A DNA stretch of 64,000 nucleotides from Entomortierella parvispora E1425. Its lineage: Eukaryota; Fungi; Mortierellomycota. Both the position numbers and the translations under genes were made by a program. The notes under the pieces were generated by a model, which was not told where the DNA came from, made no database searches, and was given only the letters and a program-made list of their open reading frames with translations. This document shows, piece after piece, positions 60,482 through 64,000 of the stretch. Where the stretch lies: NCBI GenBank assembly GCA_020891255.1, contig BQFW01000013.1, forward strand, positions 558,001 through 622,000, read 5' to 3'. Every line of letters starts with the position of its first letter. Within the stretch, counting starts at the first letter, position 1.

Positions 60482-61914
60482 ATGGCCGATAGCCCCACAT
60501 CAGACAACCAGTCGTCGTCCTCAAGGACTAGCGGCAACCACCTCGTGGATTCCCTGGCCCTGCCTCATGGGCTCTCGGCCGTATCACACCGCAGGACTCC
60601 CTCCAACAGCAGCAAGCAGTCAGCAACTGCTGAGGGCTCAGGCTCCGATAACGCTGCAGACGCACCTCTCGTTGGCACATCAAGCGCTGTCGCAGCCCCT
60701 GATCAAGCAAACCCTTCATCGGCACCTAGAGCAGTTCCAGGAGACCCCTCGCAGCCCGTCGTCCATGGAGCAGGAGTGACCACCTCGTCCTCGACCACGC
60801 CCTCTTCTGCTGGCGTCTCCTCTGGCGCAAGACACAAATCGACAAGTCGACCTCACCATCCACAAACGCTCCTCACCAAGGCCCTGTTGACGTATCTCAA
60901 GTTTTTCCGGGTTGTGCAACCTCTCGTGTCCCTGGGTGCGTTGGCGACGATCACGCCCGTGCTGAGCTACTTCCGGACCCAGACCATCTTTCCGACGATT
61001 CAGGCGACCCTTTACCTCTTTACGGCCACACTAGCCTGCTGCTCCTTATTCTTTAGCTGTCTGTACCTGGTCGATGTGCTCTACCACAAACCACTGTTCT
61101 GGCCGTTCACGAACCGACATTTCCGCCCGACGAGCAAGGCCAGGATCGGCGGGGATTTGATCATTTGCATGGTCTTTTGCGGATGCTGGTTCTTGGCCTT
61201 GATCGGTCTAGTGATTGACTCGATTTGGGTCGATTGCGGAAAACTCGGTGGGTTTGCGGCTGTTTTTCGGGAGAATGGACAGACGATCCACAAGATGCAA
61301 ACGGCCTGTCGGCTGGAGAAGGCGACCTTGGGACTGGCTTCGTTCTGTTGGGCTTGTTGGATGGGCGTCCTTCTTGTGCTTCTCTATGGGTAAGTTCAGC
61401 CGCTGTTTTGGAGAGCAAGGAAAAGGGTCTGTGTCCCTCATTGTTGACGAAAAAAAGCTAATTGGGTACGGATTTTTTTTTTCTTTCTCATAGACATTTC
61501 TGGAAAAGAAGACAGGTCATTGCTCGACGACTGAGAGAGACTCTTTCCAGACGCCAACCTTCCACTACAGGAGGAGCAAACAGCCATTCAGACGGCGGTG
61601 CGACAGGAACGAGTTCAGCAGTTGCTCATGATGGAACAGGATCCAATGCTGGCTCGATTCTAGGTAGAAACAACAATAACAGTGGTGTCGGCGTCTCCTC
61701 CTCTGGAAAGACCCATCGATTTGATCCATCCTCAGCAACTTCAGCAAGGACGGATGATTGTGGATGTGATGACACGGATGGCGAGGTTGGATTGACGGGT
61801 GTTGTTTGCAACTACGATGACGATCAAAGCACCCTGGACCCTGGATCACGACGAGGGCGACCAAAGCCCTCCTCCTCCGTGAACCAAACAGTGGGCGCCT
61901 CTTCATCGACATAG
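60482..61914 (+). CDS. Four-transmembrane MARVEL-like membrane protein (2 exons)
   Basis: ATG 60482 MADSPTSDNQ and a disordered N-terminus precede four hydrophobic helices with a Cys..Cys loop before the last (DCGKLGG...TACRLEKATLGLASFCWACWMGVLLVLLY). Intron GTAAGT..CTCATAG; disordered tail to stop at 61914. Confidence 0.75.
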
Positions 61915-62143
61915 CTATCCCTCTTTCTATTAATCGTCCACCGTCATCTTAATCTAATGTATTAAAACATCTATACTTCAACTTGTCTGTGAACCTGGCT
62001 ACAGCTTCAATCCCTTGGGTGCGTGGAGTTGAGGGATTTGCGCGTGCGCGCACTTTGGATCAACTCGACCATGAGTGAACAAAGTCGAAGGAATTCAGGC
62101 AAAGCACTCCAAATGCAAACTGCAGAGGAGAAACCTCTCCACC

Positions 62144-62150
62144 TATAAAG
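62144..62150 (+). promoter_or_regulatory. Possible TATA box (TATAAAG)
   Basis: Located about 260 nt upstream of ATG 62407. Confidence 0.4.
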
Positions 62151-62406
62151 CGCTGCGCGAACGTACTAAATACTCTTTGTGATGGCGCACCCCTGAAATA
62201 AAATCCTCTTCTGTGTCTTCCTTCTTTCTCTGTTTCCTTCTCTTTTTCTTTCTCTTCTGTATTTCTGCTTCTGCCTCCCTGGTTCTTCCTTGTACTCTTC
62301 ATTCACCGACTGCAACAATTGCCTTCATCATCACCCAAGACTTGGTCCCTCGACTACACTCAGTACTGATACTTCCCACTTGTTTAATATCGCAACAAAA
62401 AGAGCT

Positions 62407-64000
62407 ATGGAGGTTCCTCATAATGGCATCTGTTCAACTGCGCCTGAGGCTGCGGCATCAGAAACACCAGAGTCCGTTACTGGTACCTCTGGTTCTCAGC
62501 GACACTTCTTGTCACTCAAAAACATGGACAACAAAGTATTCTCCGGCTTCCTTTCTCAAACTCGGCCGCTGGTGTTTGAGGTGTTGGATGATGCAAGTCC
62601 AAGACACTTTATCATCGTACCTTCGGCACGGTCATCGAGGAAAGGACCGATGGATACATTCTTCAAACCTTTTAAATTGCATTTTCTTTGCGAATGTGGT
62701 CTGCACAAAAGTCAGCAGGAGGATGCCCACACCATCTCAGATGCGATGCATCTGACAGACCATCCAGGGTATTGGCTTCAGCGACCGACAGAATTTTTCA
62801 AAAAGTGTACTCCCTTGATGTCGGCGTTGGCAAAGAACACCGAATCCATGGCCCAAGTGACTTTGATATTATCAGCCGTAATCCCAATGTTCTCACCCTA
62901 CGCCTATATGACTGAAGCTTTTGGCACGTTACTACGAGAAAAGATTGAGAGATATGATGCATATGGTGAAGAAGACGTCAAGTGTTTAGTGGACGAGGCC
63001 ATCGAGTCCCTAGCGAAAACAACACCTGGCGACAACGGCAAAAAACCTAAGGTTGACTGTGGGCACTCGACACTGGAGGGAAGTATCGAAGTTGAGGTAG
63101 TCAAGTTGAAAGAGTTTGGTGACTTGATCTCGCTCTTGGACAAGGCGGACAGCGAATCTCCTGTGAACCTATATCGCACCGTCACCAGGGAGGGTTGTCC
63201 TCTCTGGGTATGCCAAGCCCATCTTTGGCAAGTTCATCCTGAAGATGCGCAAAATCGCTTCATTCGATTCGTGAGAAACAGTGGAGGTTCTTTTGAGGAG
63301 ATGCAAGGCAAACTTACCATCAAGCTTAACTCCCCGTTCGAGGCACAAGAGTTTTACGACAATCTCTTTCATGATGATCGCGTACGAATACTGGAAGTGT
63401 ATTTCAGATGGGTGACAACCCGCTCCGACCTTCAGGAGCTTACAAAGGCAATACTTAAGTCACCCACGATCTTCTCCTTACACCTTAACTCTCGGCCCCA
63501 TACTCTTGAAACTTTTGCCAGAACTGCGGCGAATATATCTGCAAGAACTATGGCGACAATGTCACCCCTAACTATGGCGATCATGTTTATCCAAACTGTG
63601 GCCATCGTACCTGTAGAAGCTCTGGTAAAAATCTCCGCCAGAAATGTGGCGAGATTGTCTGCCAAAACTGTCGCGAACACGCCTGAAAGAAGTTCGGCGA
63701 AAATGTCTGCCAAACCCACGGGGAAAACTAAAATGGCTACGTTAACTCTTTTTGAGATCCCGGACATACACGCTCTCATCAACGAAATCTCTGAACGACA
63801 TCAAATCTATGCTCCGATTCTTCAACTTTTGGCAGAAGGTCCCATCGAAACAATAGAGATTCAATCTGCAGAATTTCTTGACTGCCTCCGTAATCTCTCC
63901 ACTATTCCTTGGATTCCAAATCTCGAAACCCTGGGCATCCATGAGATCCACACCGACAAAAGGAAGCGTTTATTTCTGCAACTTCTTAAACGATGCCCCT
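62407..64000 (+). CDS. Hypothetical protein of a Mortierella-type expanded family (LHFLCECG motif, then LRR-like region); truncated by the window edge
   Basis: Manual translation from ATG 62407 (MEVPHNGICS...) shows no stop through 64000; it is absent from the ORF track because it has no stop in the window. Motifs RHFIIVP, FKLHFLCECG, HLTDHPGYWLQRPTEFF, LYRTVTREGCPLWVCQAH, FIRFVRNSGGSFEEMQGKLTIKL, WIPNLETLGI and QLLKRCP. Confidence 0.8.
   Translation, partial: MEVPHNGICSTAPEAAASETPESVTGTSGSQRHFLSLKNMDNKVFSGFLSQTRPLVFEVLDDASPRHFIIVPSARSSRKGPMDTFFKPFKLHFLCECGLHKSQQEDAHTISDAMHLTDHPGYWLQRPTEFFKKCTPLMSALAKNTESMAQVTLILSAVIPMFSPYAYMTEAFGTLLREKIERYDAYGEEDVKCLVDEAIESLAKTTPGDNGKKPKVDCGHSTLEGSIEVEVVKLKEFGDLISLLDKADSESPVNLYRTVTREGCPLWVCQAHLWQVHPEDAQNRFIRFVRNSGGSFEEMQGKLTIKLNSPFEAQEFYDNLFHDDRVRILEVYFRWVTTRSDLQELTKAILKSPTIFSLHLNSRPHTLETFARTAANISARTMATMSPLTMAIMFIQTVAIVPVEALVKISARNVARLSAKTVANTPERSSAKMSAKPTGKTKMATLTLFEIPDIHALINEISERHQIYAPILQLLAEGPIETIEIQSAEFLDCLRNLSTIPWIPNLETLGIHEIHTDKRKRLFLQLLKRCP
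63516..63731 (+). repeat. Degenerate 24-nt tandem repeat (9 units) inside the last gene
   Basis: Units include TGCCAGAACTGCGGCGAATATATC, TGCAAGAACTATGGCGACAATGTC, CGCCAGAAATGTGGCGAGATTGTC, TGCCAAAACTGTCGCGAACACGCC and TGAAAGAAGTTCGGCGAAAATGTC. Confidence 0.85.

Noticed and set aside
1-64000. Search for U12-type introns (GTATCCTT/ATATCCTT donors) and selenocysteine-type in-frame TGA
   Set aside because: The GTATCC hits noticed fall in exons or intergenic DNA, and no conserved protein here required TGA read-through; the scan was by eye and not exhaustive.

Overview
Intron-rich eukaryotic (fungal) genomic DNA. The gene content (a full DNA-PKcs, lineage-type F-box and LRR-like proteins, short GT-AG introns, CT-rich 5' UTRs) points to an early-diverging fungus, most likely Mortierellaceae; this is inference, not a database result. 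About 17 protein-coding genes were reconstructed by joining ORF fragments at splice signals: Ras2-type GTPase (5' part), proline-rich single-pass membrane protein, TCF25/Rqc1, coiled-coil/HTH-like protein, alpha/beta hydrolase, MetR/Zip1-type bZIP, PX-like protein, RSL1D1/Cic1, NDUFS8, TALE homeobox factor, AtuA-family protein, DNA-PKcs (16.3 kb), malonyl-CoA decarboxylase, F-box-like protein, GPI-anchored Ser/Thr-rich protein, CAP/Srv2, MARVEL-like protein, and an open-ended gene running off the right edge. No tRNA, rRNA, CRISPR array or intact transposon was seen. The least-explained parts are a 620-bp tandem triplication with flanking gene-like debris just upstream of DNA-PKcs, and the last gene, which has Roco/COR-like C-terminal motifs and a 24-nt degenerate repeat that reads as Cys-rich in a non-coding frame. 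No convincing novel multi-gene system was found. Exon boundaries were read by eye.
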